Under the pieces are notes generated by a model, which was given only the letters and a program-made list of their open reading frames with translations, had not been told where the DNA came from and ran no database searches. Positions 49,956 through 61,095 of a stretch of 64,000 nucleotides of DNA are shown here, one piece after another. The stretch comes from an uncultured Eubacteriales bacterium (GTDB taxonomy: Bacteria; Bacillota; Clostridia; Lachnospirales; Lachnospiraceae). Location: assembly GCA_900314525.1 (NCBI GenBank), contig OMVN01000008.1:2721-66720 (forward strand), read 5' to 3'. The position numbers and the translations under genes were made by a program. Within the stretch, counting starts at the first letter, position 1, and every line of letters begins with the position of its first letter.

Positions 49956-50629
49956 TGTTTACAGGATTAGTAGAAGAGATTGGAACAATCTCAAAAATAA
50001 ATATGGGTGCCAAAAGCGGAACAATTTTCATAGATGCTGATAAGATACTAAAAGGAACCAAGGTTGGCGACAGTATATGTGTAAATGGTGTCTGCCTCAC
50101 TGCAACTTCAGTAAACAACGGAATGTTCAGCGCAGATGTAATGGCAGAGACATTCAGAAGAAGTTCGCTTGGAAGTCTAAATAGAGGATCCCATGTCAAT
50201 CTTGAGAGGGCAATGGCAGCAGATGGAAGATTTGGCGGACATATAGTATCAGGACATATAGACGGAACAGGAACAATTGAAAGTGTTAAGCCAGAAGAAA
50301 ATGCCATATGGTATACCATAAAGGCGCCAAAAGAAATACTTGATTTTATAGTTATGAAGGGCTCCATTGCAATAGATGGAATAAGTCTTACAGTTGCATA
50401 TATTGATGATAGTGTTTTTAAGGTGTCGATAATTCCGCACACAGCAAAAGAGACAATTCTACAGTTTAAGAAGGCTGGGGATATAGTAAATCTCGAAAAT
50501 GATGTGGTTGGAAAATATGTTGAAAAACTGTTATTTAACAGAGAGCGGGATGACAGAAGTAACTCAGGCAGAATAAAAGATAAAAAGTCCGGAATTACTA
50601 TGGAATTTCTGGCAAAGAATGGATTTTAG
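49955..50629 (+). CDS. ribE: Riboflavin synthase
   Basis: N-terminal MFTGLVEE, NGVCLT, GGHIVSGH and DGISLT. Confidence 0.95.
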   Translation: MFTGLVEEIGTISKINMGAKSGTIFIDADKILKGTKVGDSICVNGVCLTATSVNNGMFSADVMAETFRRSSLGSLNRGSHVNLERAMAADGRFGGHIVSGHIDGTGTIESVKPEENAIWYTIKAPKEILDFIVMKGSIAIDGISLTVAYIDDSVFKVSIIPHTAKETILQFKKAGDIVNLENDVVGKYVEKLLFNRERDDRSNSGRIKDKKSGITMEFLAKNGF

Positions 50630-50656
50630 AAATAAAAATATGTAGGAGGATATCCA

Positions 50657-51856
50657 ATGAAAGAGATAGGAACAATAGATCAGGCATTAGAAGATTTAAG
50701 AAATGGAAAAGTAATACTTGTAATCGATGACCCTGACAGAGAAAATGAGGGAGATTTAATCTGTGCAGCAGAATATGCAACACAGGAAAATGTTAACTTT
50801 ATGGCAAGTGACGCAAAAGGATTAATCTGTATGCCTATGAGCAAGGAATGGACAAAGAAACTTGAATTAAACCAGATGGTAGATGTAAATACAGACAATC
50901 ACTCAACTGCCTTTACAGTTTCAATTGACCATATAGATACAACTACAGGTATTTCTGCAAAAGAGCGTTCGCTCACAGCAATGAAAACAGTAGAAGAAGG
51001 GGCAAAACCTTCAGATTTCAGAAGACCTGGACATATGTTTCCACTTGAGGCCAGAGAGGGCGGTGTACTTAAGAGAGCAGGACACACAGAGGCAACAGTA
51101 GATCTTATGGTTCTTGCAGGACTTAAACCAGTTGGACTTTGCTGTGAAATTATGAGAGAAGACGGAACAATGATGAGAACAACAGAACTTCTCGGATTTG
51201 CAGAAGAACGCAACCTCACAGTAATTACAATTGCAGATCTTATCAAGTACAGACTTCAGAGTGAGAGTCTTGTAAAGAAAGAGGCAGAAGCAAAACTACC
51301 AACTAAATACGGTGATTTCACAATCCATGGATATGTAAATGTATTAAATGGAGAGCATCATGTAGCCCTCACAATGGGAGATGTAAATGATGGAAATCCT
51401 GTACTTTGCAGAGTTCACTCTGAATGTCTAACAGGTGATGTGTTTGGCTCAGCAAGATGCGACTGTGGAGAGCAGCTTGAAGAGGCAATGAAAGCTATTG
51501 CAAAAGAAGGAAGAGGAATCCTGCTCTACATGAGACAGGAAGGAAGAGGAATTGGTCTCATTAATAAAATTAAAGCTTACAAACTTCAGGAAGAGGGTTA
51601 TGACACAGTTGAAGCGAATATTAAACTTGGCTTCCCTGCAGATTTGAGAGATTATGGAATTGGTGCCCAGATTCTCTATGATCTTGGAGCAAAGAAATTA
51701 AGATTGTTAACAAATAATCCAACTAAGATAAGTGGTCTCTCTGGATATGGAATAACTATTGAAGAGAGAGTTCCTATTCAGATAGCAGCAGGAAAATATG
51801 ACCTGTTTTACTTAAAGACAAAGCAGGAAAAAATGGATCATATGACAGATTACTAA
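50657..51856 (+). CDS. ribBA: Bifunctional DHBP synthase / GTP cyclohydrolase II
   Basis: [33 protein letters not shown] and QEGRGIGL. Confidence 0.96.
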   Translation: MKEIGTIDQALEDLRNGKVILVIDDPDRENEGDLICAAEYATQENVNFMASDAKGLICMPMSKEWTKKLELNQMVDVNTDNHSTAFTVSIDHIDTTTGISAKERSLTAMKTVEEGAKPSDFRRPGHMFPLEAREGGVLKRAGHTEATVDLMVLAGLKPVGLCCEIMREDGTMMRTTELLGFAEERNLTVITIADLIKYRLQSESLVKKEAEAKLPTKYGDFTIHGYVNVLNGEHHVALTMGDVNDGNPVLCRVHSECLTGDVFGSARCDCGEQLEEAMKAIAKEGRGILLYMRQEGRGIGLINKIKAYKLQEEGYDTVEANIKLGFPADLRDYGIGAQILYDLGAKKLRLLTNNPTKISGLSGYGITIEERVPIQIAAGKYDLFYLKTKQEKMDHMTDY

Positions 51857-51929
51857 AATCTGCAATAATATCTCAGAGAAAAATAATACATTTTTACAAT
51901 AATATATTGAAAAGAAAGGAAATAGAAAG

Positions 51930-52391
51930 ATGAAAGTATTAGAAGGAAAATTAGTAGCGGATGGGGCAAGAATCGGAATTGTAGCAGCAAGATTTAATGA
52001 GTTTATCGTATCAAAACTTGTTAGCGGAGCAGAAGATGGTCTTGTGAGACATGGAGTAAATGAAAATGATATTACACTTGCATGGGTACCAGGAGCATTT
52101 GAAATACCTGTTATTGCAAAGAAGATGGCTGAGAGTGGAAGATATGATGCAGTAATCTGTCTCGGTGCAGTAATAAGAGGAGCAACAAGCCATTATGATT
52201 ATGTTTGTTCAGAGGTTAGCAAAGGTGTAGCAGCAGTTGGTATGGAAACAGGAGTTCCAACACTCTTTGGCATTCTTACAACAGACAATATAGAACAGGC
52301 AGTTGAGAGAGCTGGTACAAAAGCTGGAAATAAAGGATATGACTGTGCATGTTCTGCAATTGAGATAATCAATTTAGCCAAGAATTTTTAA
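51930..52391 (+). CDS. ribH: Lumazine synthase
   Basis: [23 protein letters not shown] and AGTKAGNKG. Confidence 0.96.
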   Translation: MKVLEGKLVADGARIGIVAARFNEFIVSKLVSGAEDGLVRHGVNENDITLAWVPGAFEIPVIAKKMAESGRYDAVICLGAVIRGATSHYDYVCSEVSKGVAAVGMETGVPTLFGILTTDNIEQAVERAGTKAGNKGYDCACSAIEIINLAKNF

Positions 52392-52421
52392 GAAATTAAA
52401 TGCAGAACTTTTTAAAATAAA

Positions 52422-52461
52422 CAGAGCAGGTGTTCCGTAAAGGGGCACCTGCTCTGCTTTT
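52422..52461 (+). terminator. Terminator of the rib operon
   Basis: CAGAGCAGGTGTTCC loop GGGGCACCTGCTCTG followed by CTTTT. Confidence 0.85.
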
Positions 52462-52565
52462 ATGACGGAAAATATTTTGGTCACGAATTCCGGCATAATA
52501 ATTTATAGAAATATAAAAAGAAAAAGGGGGATTAAAATTGTGAAGATTCTAATTAGAATCTAATA

Positions 52566-53027
52566 TTAGCTAGCCATCTGATTGGCTGTTTTATATTTGT
52601 AAATCATCTCTGCGTGATTCTGTTCTTCTGTTTGGATGTGATTAAACAAATCTCTTGCATTCTCGTCACCAAACTGGAATAAATCGTCATTGTACGCTGT
52701 AGATACATACTTTTCTGTTGTAATGCAGTCAGTACAAAGGTACTTGTCGTATTCCTTGTCTTCCTCGTTGAAATTACCGGTATACGTAGGCATCGGATTA
52801 TAATCTTTTGCCATAGTTACTTTACCGCCGACAACAGGACACTGACCATTCATTAACTGAGACAGTGAATCGTAATGAGTCTGTTCGTCATCCTTTAAAA
52901 TTCCAAACAATCTTTTCAACTCTGGATCTCTTGCCTGTTTTTCGTATTCGCCATATTTCTGAATACAAAGCTGTTCCTGTGCCTGTAAATCCTGAATAAC
53001 AGTCTTCTGCTTTTCTGATAAAATCAT
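52566..53027 (-). CDS. Ferritin-like (spore coat-associated) protein
   Basis: Two ExxH helices (DEQTH, EEQNH); SigG-like promoter upstream. Confidence 0.65.
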   Translation of the reverse strand: MILSEKQKTVIQDLQAQEQLCIQKYGEYEKQARDPELKRLFGILKDDEQTHYDSLSQLMNGQCPVVGGKVTMAKDYNPMPTYTGNFNEEDKEYDKYLCTDCITTEKYVSTAYNDDLFQFGDENARDLFNHIQTEEQNHAEMIYKYKTANQMAS

Positions 53028-53069
53028 ATAATTTCCTTTCCTGCTAATGCAATATTTTTGGTACGGAAA

Positions 53070-53098
53070 TAGTATGTGCGGGAAATGAAGAAATATAC
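53070..53098 (-). promoter_or_regulatory. Possible SigG (forespore) promoter
   Basis: On the minus strand GTATA-17 bp-CATACTA matches the SigG consensus. Confidence 0.5.
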
Positions 53099-53169
53099 GA
53101 ACTATTTGTAAATTAATTCATATATTTTGAGTGAATTATGATTATATATAAATTAAAAAAATAAGTTCA

Positions 53170-54549
53170 TTATAGTTTCTTTCTCAGTCCCTTAGGATAA
53201 TGGTTTTTAACAATACCTTTTGTGACTTTTCCAAGACCAATACTGAGGTTATCTATGCAGATAAGGCACCAGCCGTCAGATGTGTCATATTCAAAAGTTT
53301 CGCCGTTGATGTATTTATATACGTTTTCATCATTAATTGACAGATTAATTACATTTTTAACATCATCAGGAGAGAGGGAAAGTGCAAGAGAGTGTGAGGG
53401 GATGAATCTACCTTTTGTCACTGTACCAAGATTTAATCCTGCTCGAAGAACTCTGATTTTATCCAGCTTTGGGCATGTTTCTGGAACAAGATTTATGTTG
53501 TCGCCAAACATTATGTATTTTCCAGTAGGCGGATTTTTGAAGAATTTAATTGCAAATTCATTGTACTCCTTAAGGGATTTTTCTTTTAACCCTTTTAATT
53601 CCCTGTAATCATTTTCAACATCTATATTACCATCTTTGGTCAGAACACAGGCAAAGTGGCCCTCTCCATTAAATTTGTGAGGAAATATTCTGAAACAGTT
53701 ATCTGAAATAGATGATGTATCTATTTCGCCAAAATTTTTTATTCCAGAAGATATACCGTCAAATATTTCTGATTTTCTGTCTATTTTTTCAATATGAAAA
53801 TCACTATGTCTCTTAAGAAAGTTAATAATGCTTATTTCATTTTCTTCTGGAGAGAAGGTGCAGGTAGAGTATACAATTCTACCTCCAGGCTTAAGCATAA
53901 TTGCTGCATTGTCTAAAATTTCAGCCTGTCTGTCGGCACATAGTTTTACATTATTAAGACTCCACTCATCCTGGGCCTGTTCGTTTTTTCTAAACATTCC
54001 CTCGCCAGAACAAGGAGCATCTACCATTATTCTGTGGAAAAATTCAGGAAAAAATGATGCAAGTTTATCTGAAGATTCGTTTGTGACTATGGCATTTCTA
54101 ATACCCATACGTTCTATGTTTTCGGACAGGATTTTGGCACGGGCTGGCATAATTTCATTGCTTATTAGCAGACCTTTCTGGTTCATCATGGCTGCAATCT
54201 GAGTACTTTTTCCTCCAGGGGCAGCACATAAATCAAGAATAGTTTCACCTGGCTTTGCATCAATTAGAGTGCCTGGCAGCATTGCACTTGGCTCCTGGAT
54301 ATAATATGCACCTGCCTCATGGTATGGATGTTTGCCAGGCCTTATATGATTGTCATAGTAATATCCAGTGTGGCAGAAAGGAACCGGGCTTAAATGTCCG
54401 TCAAAATATTTATCTATAATATTGTCTTTTACTTTCAGGTGGTTTATTCTTAAGGCATGGAATTCGGGATTGTCATAACTGTTCATAAATGAATCAAATT
54501 CATCACCAAGAATAATTTTCATTCTTTTTTTGAAGTCATCTTTTATCAT
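53170..54549 (-). CDS. RsmF/RsmB (NOL1/NOP2) RNA m5C methyltransferase
   Basis: YIQEPSAM, DLCAAPGGKS, DAPCSGEG, YSTCT, C-terminal KNHYPKGLR. Confidence 0.9.
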   Translation of the reverse strand: MIKDDFKKRMKIILGDEFDSFMNSYDNPEFHALRINHLKVKDNIIDKYFDGHLSPVPFCHTGYYYDNHIRPGKHPYHEAGAYYIQEPSAMLPGTLIDAKPGETILDLCAAPGGKSTQIAAMMNQKGLLISNEIMPARAKILSENIERMGIRNAIVTNESSDKLASFFPEFFHRIMVDAPCSGEGMFRKNEQAQDEWSLNNVKLCADRQAEILDNAAIMLKPGGRIVYSTCTFSPEENEISIINFLKRHSDFHIEKIDRKSEIFDGISSGIKNFGEIDTSSISDNCFRIFPHKFNGEGHFACVLTKDGNIDVENDYRELKGLKEKSLKEYNEFAIKFFKNPPTGKYIMFGDNINLVPETCPKLDKIRVLRAGLNLGTVTKGRFIPSHSLALSLSPDDVKNVINLSINDENVYKYINGETFEYDTSDGWCLICIDNLSIGLGKVTKGIVKNHYPKGLRKKL

Positions 54550-54725
54550 AAAAATCTCCTGATTATATCAAATTTTTATTAATTATATCATTTAAAGGGT
54601 ATGATTTCTATAAAATAATGGGTAAAAATCAAAAAAAATAAAAAAATATTATGCCCTGGAGACCGCATAAATACAGGGTTTTTGAAAAAAATACAAAAAA
54701 AATCAAAAAAAATTCAAAAAAGTAC

Positions 54726-54754
54726 TTGCCAAAACCCTTCATGTGCTATATAAT
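54726..54754 (+). promoter_or_regulatory. Strong SigA promoter with A-tract UP element for the tRNA
   Basis: TTGCCA-17 bp-TATAAT, preceded by phased A tracts. Confidence 0.75.
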
Positions 54755-54761
54755 CATACAT

Positions 54762-54833
54762 GGCTCGTTGGTCAAGCGGCTAAGACGTCGCCCTCTCACG
54801 GCGAAATCAGGGGTTCGATTCCCCTACGAGCTG
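54762..54833 (+). tRNA. tRNA-Glu (anticodon CTC), CCA not encoded
   Basis: Acceptor stem GGCTCGT/ACGAGCT, anticodon arm TCGCC-CT CTC AC-GGCGA, T-arm GGTTCGATTCC. Confidence 0.93.
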
Positions 54834-54882
54834 CTAATGAAATCCGAGGTTCGGATTAATTAAAGGAACTATACTTGATTTA

Positions 54883-54916
54883 CAGTAAAGAGTGGACGAA
54901 AGTCCACTCTTTACTG
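54883..54916 (+). promoter_or_regulatory. rimP leader hairpin
   Basis: Perfect 15-bp stem CAGTAAAGAGTGGAC-GAAA-GTCCACTCTTTACTG. GAGTGG/CCACTC hairpins are commonly seen ahead of rimP in Firmicutes. Confidence 0.6.
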
Positions 54917-54946
54917 TTAGTTCAGAAAAATTTAAGGAGGATGGCA

Positions 54947-55411
54947 ATGACAAAGAGAGAACAATACGTTGCTAAGACAGAAGAATTAATTATGCCGGTT
55001 ATTGAAGCGAATAACTTTGAACTGGTGGATGTTGAGTACGTAAAGGAAGGGTCCACATGGTATTTAAGACTCTACATTGACAAAGAAGGCGGGATTAATA
55101 TTGATGACTGTGAACTTGTGAGCCGTGCGTTATCAGATATGCTTGACGAAAATGATTATATAGAAGATGCTTATATTCTTGAAGTCAGCTCCCCAGGACT
55201 TGGCCGTCCACTTAAAAAAGATAAGGATTTTAATAGATCCATAGGTGAGGAAGTAGAAATTAAGTTATATAAGGCAATTGAAAAAAGAAAAGATTTTAAG
55301 GGAATATTGAAATCTTTTGATGCAGATACAGTTACTATTGATGAAGAAGGAAACGAAATTTCATTTAATAGAAAAGATATTGCAATTATCAGACTTGCGT
55401 TTGATTTCTAA
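54947..55411 (+). CDS. rimP: Ribosome maturation factor RimP
   Basis: LVDVEYVKEG, LRLYIDK, DDCE and LEVSSPG. Start moved to the ATG spaced from RBS AAGGAGG; the track starts it at 54875. Confidence 0.94.
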   Translation: MTKREQYVAKTEELIMPVIEANNFELVDVEYVKEGSTWYLRLYIDKEGGINIDDCELVSRALSDMLDENDYIEDAYILEVSSPGLGRPLKKDKDFNRSIGEEVEIKLYKAIEKRKDFKGILKSFDADTVTIDEEGNEISFNRKDIAIIRLAFDF

Positions 55412-55500
55412 ATATATATAAATTGATAATGCTTTAAATTTTGACAAATCATAAATTTACATTTTATACAATATTATTATAGAAAAGGAGAATTTTTAAA

Positions 55501-56595
55501 ATGAACAGGGAACTTATTGAGAGTTTGAATATTCTTGAGAAAGAAAAGGATATTAACAAAGAAGTAATATTAGAGGCTATTGAGAATTCTTTAGTAACAG
55601 CATACAAGAATCACTATAACTCAAAAGCTGACAATGTTGTTGCTACAGTTGATAGAGAAACAGGTGATTTTAAAATCATAGCAGATAAAACAGTAGTAGA
55701 TGTTGTTGAAGACCCTGCAACAGAGATTCAGATTGAGAAGGCAAAGGAAATTGACAGACACGCTGAAATTGGCGATAACGTAAAGGTTGATGTAAATTCT
55801 AAGACTTTTGGACGTATAGTGGCACAGAATGCAAAAAATATTATTTTGCAGAAGATTAGAGAAGAAGAGAGAAAAGTTGTTTATGAACAGTACTATGCCA
55901 AAGAAAAAGATATTGTAACAGGTATTGTACAGAGAATAAATGGCAAGAATATCAGCATAAATCTTGGAAAGGCAGATGCCGTTCTTGGAGAATCAGAACA
56001 GGTTAAGGGAGAAGTGTTTACACCAACAGAACGTATTAAATTATATGTTACGGAAGTTAAAGATACACCAAAGGGACCAAAAATCTGTGTATCAAGATCT
56101 CATCCTGAACTTGTTAAACGTTTATTTGAGGCAGAAGTACCAGAAGTAAGAGATGGTACAGTTGAGATTATTAATGTTGCAAGAGAAGCAGGAATCAGAA
56201 GTAAGATTACTGTTAAATCTAATAACAAAGATGTAGATCCTCTTGGAGCATGTGTAGGTATTAACGGATCAAGAGTAAACGCTATTGTTAATGAACTTCG
56301 CGGAGAAAAAATTGATATTGTTCCTTATTCAGAAAATTCAGCAATATTTGTGGAAAATGCATTGAGCCCAGCAAAAGTTGTTTCAGTTATAGCTGATGAT
56401 GATGAGAAAACAGCTAAGGTTGTAGTTCCTGATTATCAGTTATCGCTTGCAATTGGTAAAGAGGGAATAAATGCAAGACTTGCAGCAAAACTTACTGGAT
56501 TCAAGATTGATATCAAGAGTGAAACACAGGCTAAGAGCCAGAATGAAGAAGAGAATATTGAAATTGATGATGAGATAAATCTTTCAGAAGATTAA
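55501..56595 (+). CDS. nusA: Transcription factor NusA
   Basis: FGRIVAQNAK, S1 and KH domains, AREAG, GACVG and LAIGKEG. Confidence 0.96.
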   Translation: MNRELIESLNILEKEKDINKEVILEAIENSLVTAYKNHYNSKADNVVATVDRETGDFKIIADKTVVDVVEDPATEIQIEKAKEIDRHAEIGDNVKVDVNSKTFGRIVAQNAKNIILQKIREEERKVVYEQYYAKEKDIVTGIVQRINGKNISINLGKADAVLGESEQVKGEVFTPTERIKLYVTEVKDTPKGPKICVSRSHPELVKRLFEAEVPEVRDGTVEIINVAREAGIRSKITVKSNNKDVDPLGACVGINGSRVNAIVNELRGEKIDIVPYSENSAIFVENALSPAKVVSVIADDDEKTAKVVVPDYQLSLAIGKEGINARLAAKLTGFKIDIKSETQAKSQNEEENIEIDDEINLSED

Positions 56596-56620
56596 TACCT
56601 TAAGGAAATCGGGTGATTGA

Positions 56621-56881
56621 ATGAGTACAGCTAAAAAGATTCCAGTTCGTTTGTGTGTGGGATGTGGCGAAATGAAGCCTAAGAAAGAAATGATAAGAGT
56701 GCTTAAAATTTCTGATGATGAATTTATCATCGACAAGACAGGCAGAAAGAATGGCAGAGGAGCGTATATCTGCTCATCTAAGGAATGTCTTGAAAAGGCA
56801 ATAAGTAATCATGGACTCGAGAGGTCTTTCAAAATGAAAATTGATAAAGAAGTTTATGACAGACTCAGAGAGTCTTTATAA
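56621..56881 (+). CDS. ylxR: YlxR/RnpM family protein
   Basis: PVRLCVGC, GRGAYIC; position after nusA. Confidence 0.9.
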   Translation: MSTAKKIPVRLCVGCGEMKPKKEMIRVLKISDDEFIIDKTGRKNGRGAYICSSKECLEKAISNHGLERSFKMKIDKEVYDRLRESL

Positions 56882-56896
56882 TAAATAAAAAAGGAT

Positions 56897-57208
56897 GTGT
56901 TTGCAAAAATGACAGATAGAGTTTTATCTATGATTTCCATTGCGGGAAAAGCAGGGAAAGTATTAAGTGGCGAGTTTTCAGTGGAAAAGGCAGTCAAAAG
57001 CAGAAAGGCATATTTGGTTATTGTTGCAGGTGATGCATCCGATAATACCAAGAAACTGTTTAATAACGCATGTGCTTTTTACAAAGTTCCAATAATCATA
57101 TATTCAGACAAAGAGAATCTGGGACGGAGCATAGGAAAAGAAAACAGGGCTTCAATTTGTATAACAGATGAGGGACTTGGCAATGCAATATTAAAGAAAA
57201 TAAATTAG
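56897..57208 (+). CDS. L7Ae/YlxQ family RNA-binding protein
   Basis: AGKVLSG, AGDASDNT and LGRSIGK; precedes infB. Confidence 0.88.
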   Translation: MFAKMTDRVLSMISIAGKAGKVLSGEFSVEKAVKSRKAYLVIVAGDASDNTKKLFNNACAFYKVPIIIYSDKENLGRSIGKENRASICITDEGLGNAILKKIN

Positions 57209-57245
57209 AACGATCGTAAACAAGATTAGAAGTGGAGGATAAAGA

Positions 57246-59666
57246 ATGGCAAATTTAAGAGTATATGAGCTGGCAAAACAATATAACGTAGACAATAAAA
57301 TAGTAAAACAGATCCTTTTGGATAATGGTGTTGAAGTTAAGAGCCATATGAGTTCTATTTCAGAAGAAGCTGCTGATATCGTAAGAAAAGAATTAAGCAA
57401 AGATAGTAAAACAGCAGACAGTCAGGGAAAAAAAGAAACACCAGAAAAGAAACAGGATAAGAAACCAGCTGATAAAAAAGCTGATGAAAGAAAATCAGAC
57501 AAGAAACCAGCTGATAAAAAAGACGACAATAAGAAGTCTCATATCACACAGGTATTTAATCCAGAAAACAGTAATAATGTTAAAAACGGAAATAAAAAAC
57601 CTGTAAATAATCAGAACGGAAACAAAAAGAACGACCAGAATAATAATCGAAATAATAACAATAATAATGGCAACAATAATGCCAATAAAAACAGAAACAA
57701 CAACGGAAACAACAACGGAAATAACAGAAACAATAACAATAATAACAACAACGGAAATAACAGAAATAATAAAAATAATAACAGAAATAATAATTTTAAT
57801 AATAACAATTTCAATAATAATGGCAAAAACAAGAAAAACAAAAAGAATAATCAGAATAACCAGAACAATCAGCAGGTTCAGGAACAGCCAAAACCAGTAG
57901 AAGAAGAGATTAAGGAAATTATTATTCCAGAGTCACTCACAATTAAAGAACTTGCAGATAAGATGAAGATTAAACCTTCTGATATTGTTAAGAAACTTTT
58001 CCTTCAGGGACAGATAGTTACAATTAATCAGGAAATTGATTTTGACATGGCACAGGAAATTGCTCTTGAATATGATATCATTGCCGAGATGGAAGAAAAA
58101 GTTGATATCATCGAAGAACTTCTCCGTGAGGATGAAGAAGATGAGTCAAAGATGGTAAAACGTCCACCTGTTGTATGTGTAATGGGACACGTTGATCATG
58201 GTAAAACATCACTTCTTGATGCAATCAGACAGACTCATGTAACAGATAGAGAAGCAGGCGGAATTACACAGCATATAGGTGCTTATACAGTAGAAGTTGA
58301 AGGAGAGCAGATTACTTTCCTTGATACACCTGGACACGAAGCGTTCACAGCAATGAGAATGAGAGGAGCACAGTCTACTGATATTGCTATCCTTGTTGTT
58401 GCCGCTGATGATGGTGTTATGCCACAGACAGTAGAAGCTATCAACCACGCTAAGGCTGCTAATATTCCTATCATTGTTGCTGTAAACAAGATTGATAAAC
58501 CAAGTGCAAATATTGATAAAGTTAAACAGGAACTTGCAGAGTATGAATTAGTTGCAGAAGACTGGGGCGGAAGTACAATCTTTGTTCCTGTATCAGCACA
58601 TACTAAAGAGGGTATTGAGTCATTACTTGAGATGATTCTCCTTGAAGCTGAGGTTTGTGAGTTGAAATCTAATCCAAACAGAAAAGCAAGAGGACTTGTA
58701 CTTGAGGCAAAACTTGATAAAGGACGTGGTTCCGTTGCAACTGTACTTGTACAGAAGGGTACATTAAGAGTTGGAGACCCAATTGCAGCAGGTTCTAATT
58801 ATGGTAAAGTAAGAGCCATGATTAATGATAAGGGAGAGAGAGTTGAAACAGCAGGACCATCTACACCAGTAGAAATTCTTGGATTAAATGGTGTTCCAAA
58901 TGCAGGTGAAGTATTTGTTTCTACAGGTAATGAGAAAGAGGCAAGAAACTTTGCTGAGACATTCATCAAGGACGGAAGAGAAAAACTTATCGATGCATCT
59001 AAGGCAAAATCAAAGATGTCTCTTGAAGATTTATTTAACCAGATTCAGGAAGGTGAGTTGAAAGAACTTGATATTATCGTAAAGGCAGATGTTCAGGGTT
59101 CGGTAGAGGCTGTAAAACAAAGTCTTGTAAAACTTTCTAACGACGAAGTTGTAGTAAAAGTAATTCATGCTGGTGTTGGTGCTATCAATGAATCAGATGT
59201 TATTCTGGCATCTGCATCAAATGCAATTATTATCGGATTTAATGTAAGACCTGATAACACAGCAAAAGATATTGCAGATAGAGAAAAAGTTGATTTAAGA
59301 CTTTACAGAGTTATTTACCAGGCAATTGCTGATGTTGAAGCAGCTATGAAGGGAATGTTAGACCCTGTATATGAAGAGAAGATTATCGGTCATGCAGAAA
59401 TCAGACAGTTATTCAAAGCATCAGGTATTGGTACAATCGCAGGTTCTTATGTTCTTGATGGAATGTTCCAGAGAGGATGCAGCGTAAGAATTACAAGAGA
59501 AGGACAGCAGATATTTGAAGGACCTCTTGCATCACTTAAACGTTTCAAAGATGATGTTAAGGAAGTTAAATCTGGATATGAATGCGGTCTTGTATTTGAA
59601 AAGTTCAATGATATTGTAGAAGGTGATATTGTAGAAGCATACATTATGGTGGAAGTAGCCAGATAA
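57246..59666 (+). CDS. infB: Translation initiation factor IF-2
   Basis: [30 protein letters not shown] and NKID; Asn-rich N-terminal linker. Confidence 0.97.
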   Translation: MANLRVYELAKQYNVDNKIVKQILLDNGVEVKSHMSSISEEAADIVRKELSKDSKTADSQGKKETPEKKQDKKPADKKADERKSDKKPADKKDDNKKSHITQVFNPENSNNVKNGNKKPVNNQNGNKKNDQNNNRNNNNNNGNNNANKNRNNNGNNNGNNRNNNNNNNNGNNRNNKNNNRNNNFNNNNFNNNGKNKKNKKNNQNNQNNQQVQEQPKPVEEEIKEIIIPESLTIKELADKMKIKPSDIVKKLFLQGQIVTINQEIDFDMAQEIALEYDIIAEMEEKVDIIEELLREDEEDESKMVKRPPVVCVMGHVDHGKTSLLDAIRQTHVTDREAGGITQHIGAYTVEVEGEQITFLDTPGHEAFTAMRMRGAQSTDIAILVVAADDGVMPQTVEAINHAKAANIPIIVAVNKIDKPSANIDKVKQELAEYELVAEDWGGSTIFVPVSAHTKEGIESLLEMILLEAEVCELKSNPNRKARGLVLEAKLDKGRGSVATVLVQKGTLRVGDPIAAGSNYGKVRAMINDKGERVETAGPSTPVEILGLNGVPNAGEVFVSTGNEKEARNFAETFIKDGREKLIDASKAKSKMSLEDLFNQIQEGELKELDIIVKADVQGSVEAVKQSLVKLSNDEVVVKVIHAGVGAINESDVILASASNAIIIGFNVRPDNTAKDIADREKVDLRLYRVIYQAIADVEAAMKGMLDPVYEEKIIGHAEIRQLFKASGIGTIAGSYVLDGMFQRGCSVRITREGQQIFEGPLASLKRFKDDVKEVKSGYECGLVFEKFNDIVEGDIVEAYIMVEVAR
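57570..57875 (+). repeat. AAT/AAC-rich low-complexity coding repeat (poly-Asn) within infB
   Basis: Repeated AACAACGGAAA(C/T) and AATAAC units. Confidence 0.85.
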
Positions 59667-59703
59667 TAATATGCTTAATAACATCTTCAGAATGGAGAAG
59701 TAG

Positions 59704-60075
59704 ATGAGAAAGAACAGCATAAAGAATATTCGTATAAATCAGGAAGTGTTAAGAGAATTAAGCAGTATTATCAGGGGAGAAATTAAAGATCCGAGAATTA
59801 ACCCAATGACAAGTGTGGTTGAGGTTATTGTGGCACCAGATTTAAAGACTTGCAAGGCATATATTAGTGTGCTCGGAGATGAAGAGTCACAGAAAGACAC
59901 ATTGGAAGGTCTTAGAAGTGCAGAAGGATATATAAGAAGACAACTTGCTAAAACTATAAATTTGAGAAATACACCTGAAATAAAGTTTATACTTGATCAG
60001 TCTATTGAATATGGAGTGAACATGTCACATCATATCGATGAGATTAACAAGGAAATAGATGAGAAAGAAGATTAA
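59704..60075 (+). CDS. rbfA: Ribosome-binding factor A
   Basis: IKDPR, APDLKTCKAYIS and LRNTPEIKF. Confidence 0.95.
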   Translation: MRKNSIKNIRINQEVLRELSSIIRGEIKDPRINPMTSVVEVIVAPDLKTCKAYISVLGDEESQKDTLEGLRSAEGYIRRQLAKTINLRNTPEIKFILDQSIEYGVNMSHHIDEINKEIDEKED

Positions 60076-60102
60076 CTTTGGTATATAGACCGGAGGTATA
60101 TT

Positions 60103-61074
60103 ATGCAGGAATATAATATAAACAATTATCTGGATGGAGTAAAGAAAATAGGTATGTGCGGACATATAAGACCAGATGGGGACTGTGTAGGTTCCTGTCT
60201 GGGTCTCTATACATACCTCAAGAATAATTACAGTGAAATAGATGTAGATTTGTACTTAGAACCAATAGCTGACAAATTTAAGTTTCTTAAATATAGTGAT
60301 GAAATTATCAATAATGCAGATGCTGATAAAGAATATGACTTGTTTATAGTTCTTGACTGCAGTGCTATTGATAGAATTGGCGAATTTGCTAAGTATTTTA
60401 ACAGTGCATCGAAAACTCTATGTATAGACCATCATGTCAGCAATACTGAATTTGCTGATGTAAATATCGTTTATCCTGATTACAGTTCAGCAAGTGAAGT
60501 TGTATTTACATTGCTTGACAGGGAAATCTCGTATGATACTGCCTGTGCGTTGTATCTTGGAATTATCCATGATACCGGAGTGCTTAAATATCAGAGTACT
60601 TCGGCACAGACTATGGAAATTGCCGGAAAACTTATGAGCAAAGGAATTCCGTTTACAGATATAATAGATGACACATTTTATTCAAAGACATATGTTCAAA
60701 ACCAGATTCTTGGAAGAGCACTGCTAGAGTCTGTATTATTCTATGATGGAAAATGCATTTTTTCAGTAGTAAAGAAAGATGAGTTTGAATTCTATAATAT
60801 CTCATCATCTGATTTAGATGGAATAGTTGAACAGCTTAGAATTACAAAGGGTGTTGAGTGTGCAATATTTCTATATGAGACAGCTCCACTTGAATATAAA
60901 GTAAGTTTAAGATCTAAGGATTTAATTGATGTAAGTAAAATTGCGACATATTTCGGTGGAGGCGGACATAAGAGAGCTGCCGGATTTTGCGCAAAGGGAA
61001 CTGTTTATGATGTAATAAATAATATTTCAGAACAGATAGAATTACAGTTTGAAAAAGAACAGGATAATATTTAA
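60103..61074 (+). CDS. nrnA: DHH/DHHA1 phosphoesterase (NanoRNase NrnA-like)
   Basis: HIRPDGDC, IDHH, HDTG, SLRS and GGGHKRAAG. Confidence 0.88.
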   Translation: MQEYNINNYLDGVKKIGMCGHIRPDGDCVGSCLGLYTYLKNNYSEIDVDLYLEPIADKFKFLKYSDEIINNADADKEYDLFIVLDCSAIDRIGEFAKYFNSASKTLCIDHHVSNTEFADVNIVYPDYSSASEVVFTLLDREISYDTACALYLGIIHDTGVLKYQSTSAQTMEIAGKLMSKGIPFTDIIDDTFYSKTYVQNQILGRALLESVLFYDGKCIFSVVKKDEFEFYNISSSDLDGIVEQLRITKGVECAIFLYETAPLEYKVSLRSKDLIDVSKIATYFGGGGHKRAAGFCAKGTVYDVINNISEQIELQFEKEQDNI

Positions 61075-61095
61075 AAATCAGAGCTGGAGGATAAC

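Noticed and set aside
54762-54833. tRNA as an integration site for a mobile element
   Set aside because: No integrase and no duplicated tRNA 3' end in the window; it is followed directly by the rimP operon.
57611-57900. Leu-rich and Thr/Ile-rich ORFs overlapping infB
   Set aside because: Alternative-frame shadows of the AAT/AAC repeat.
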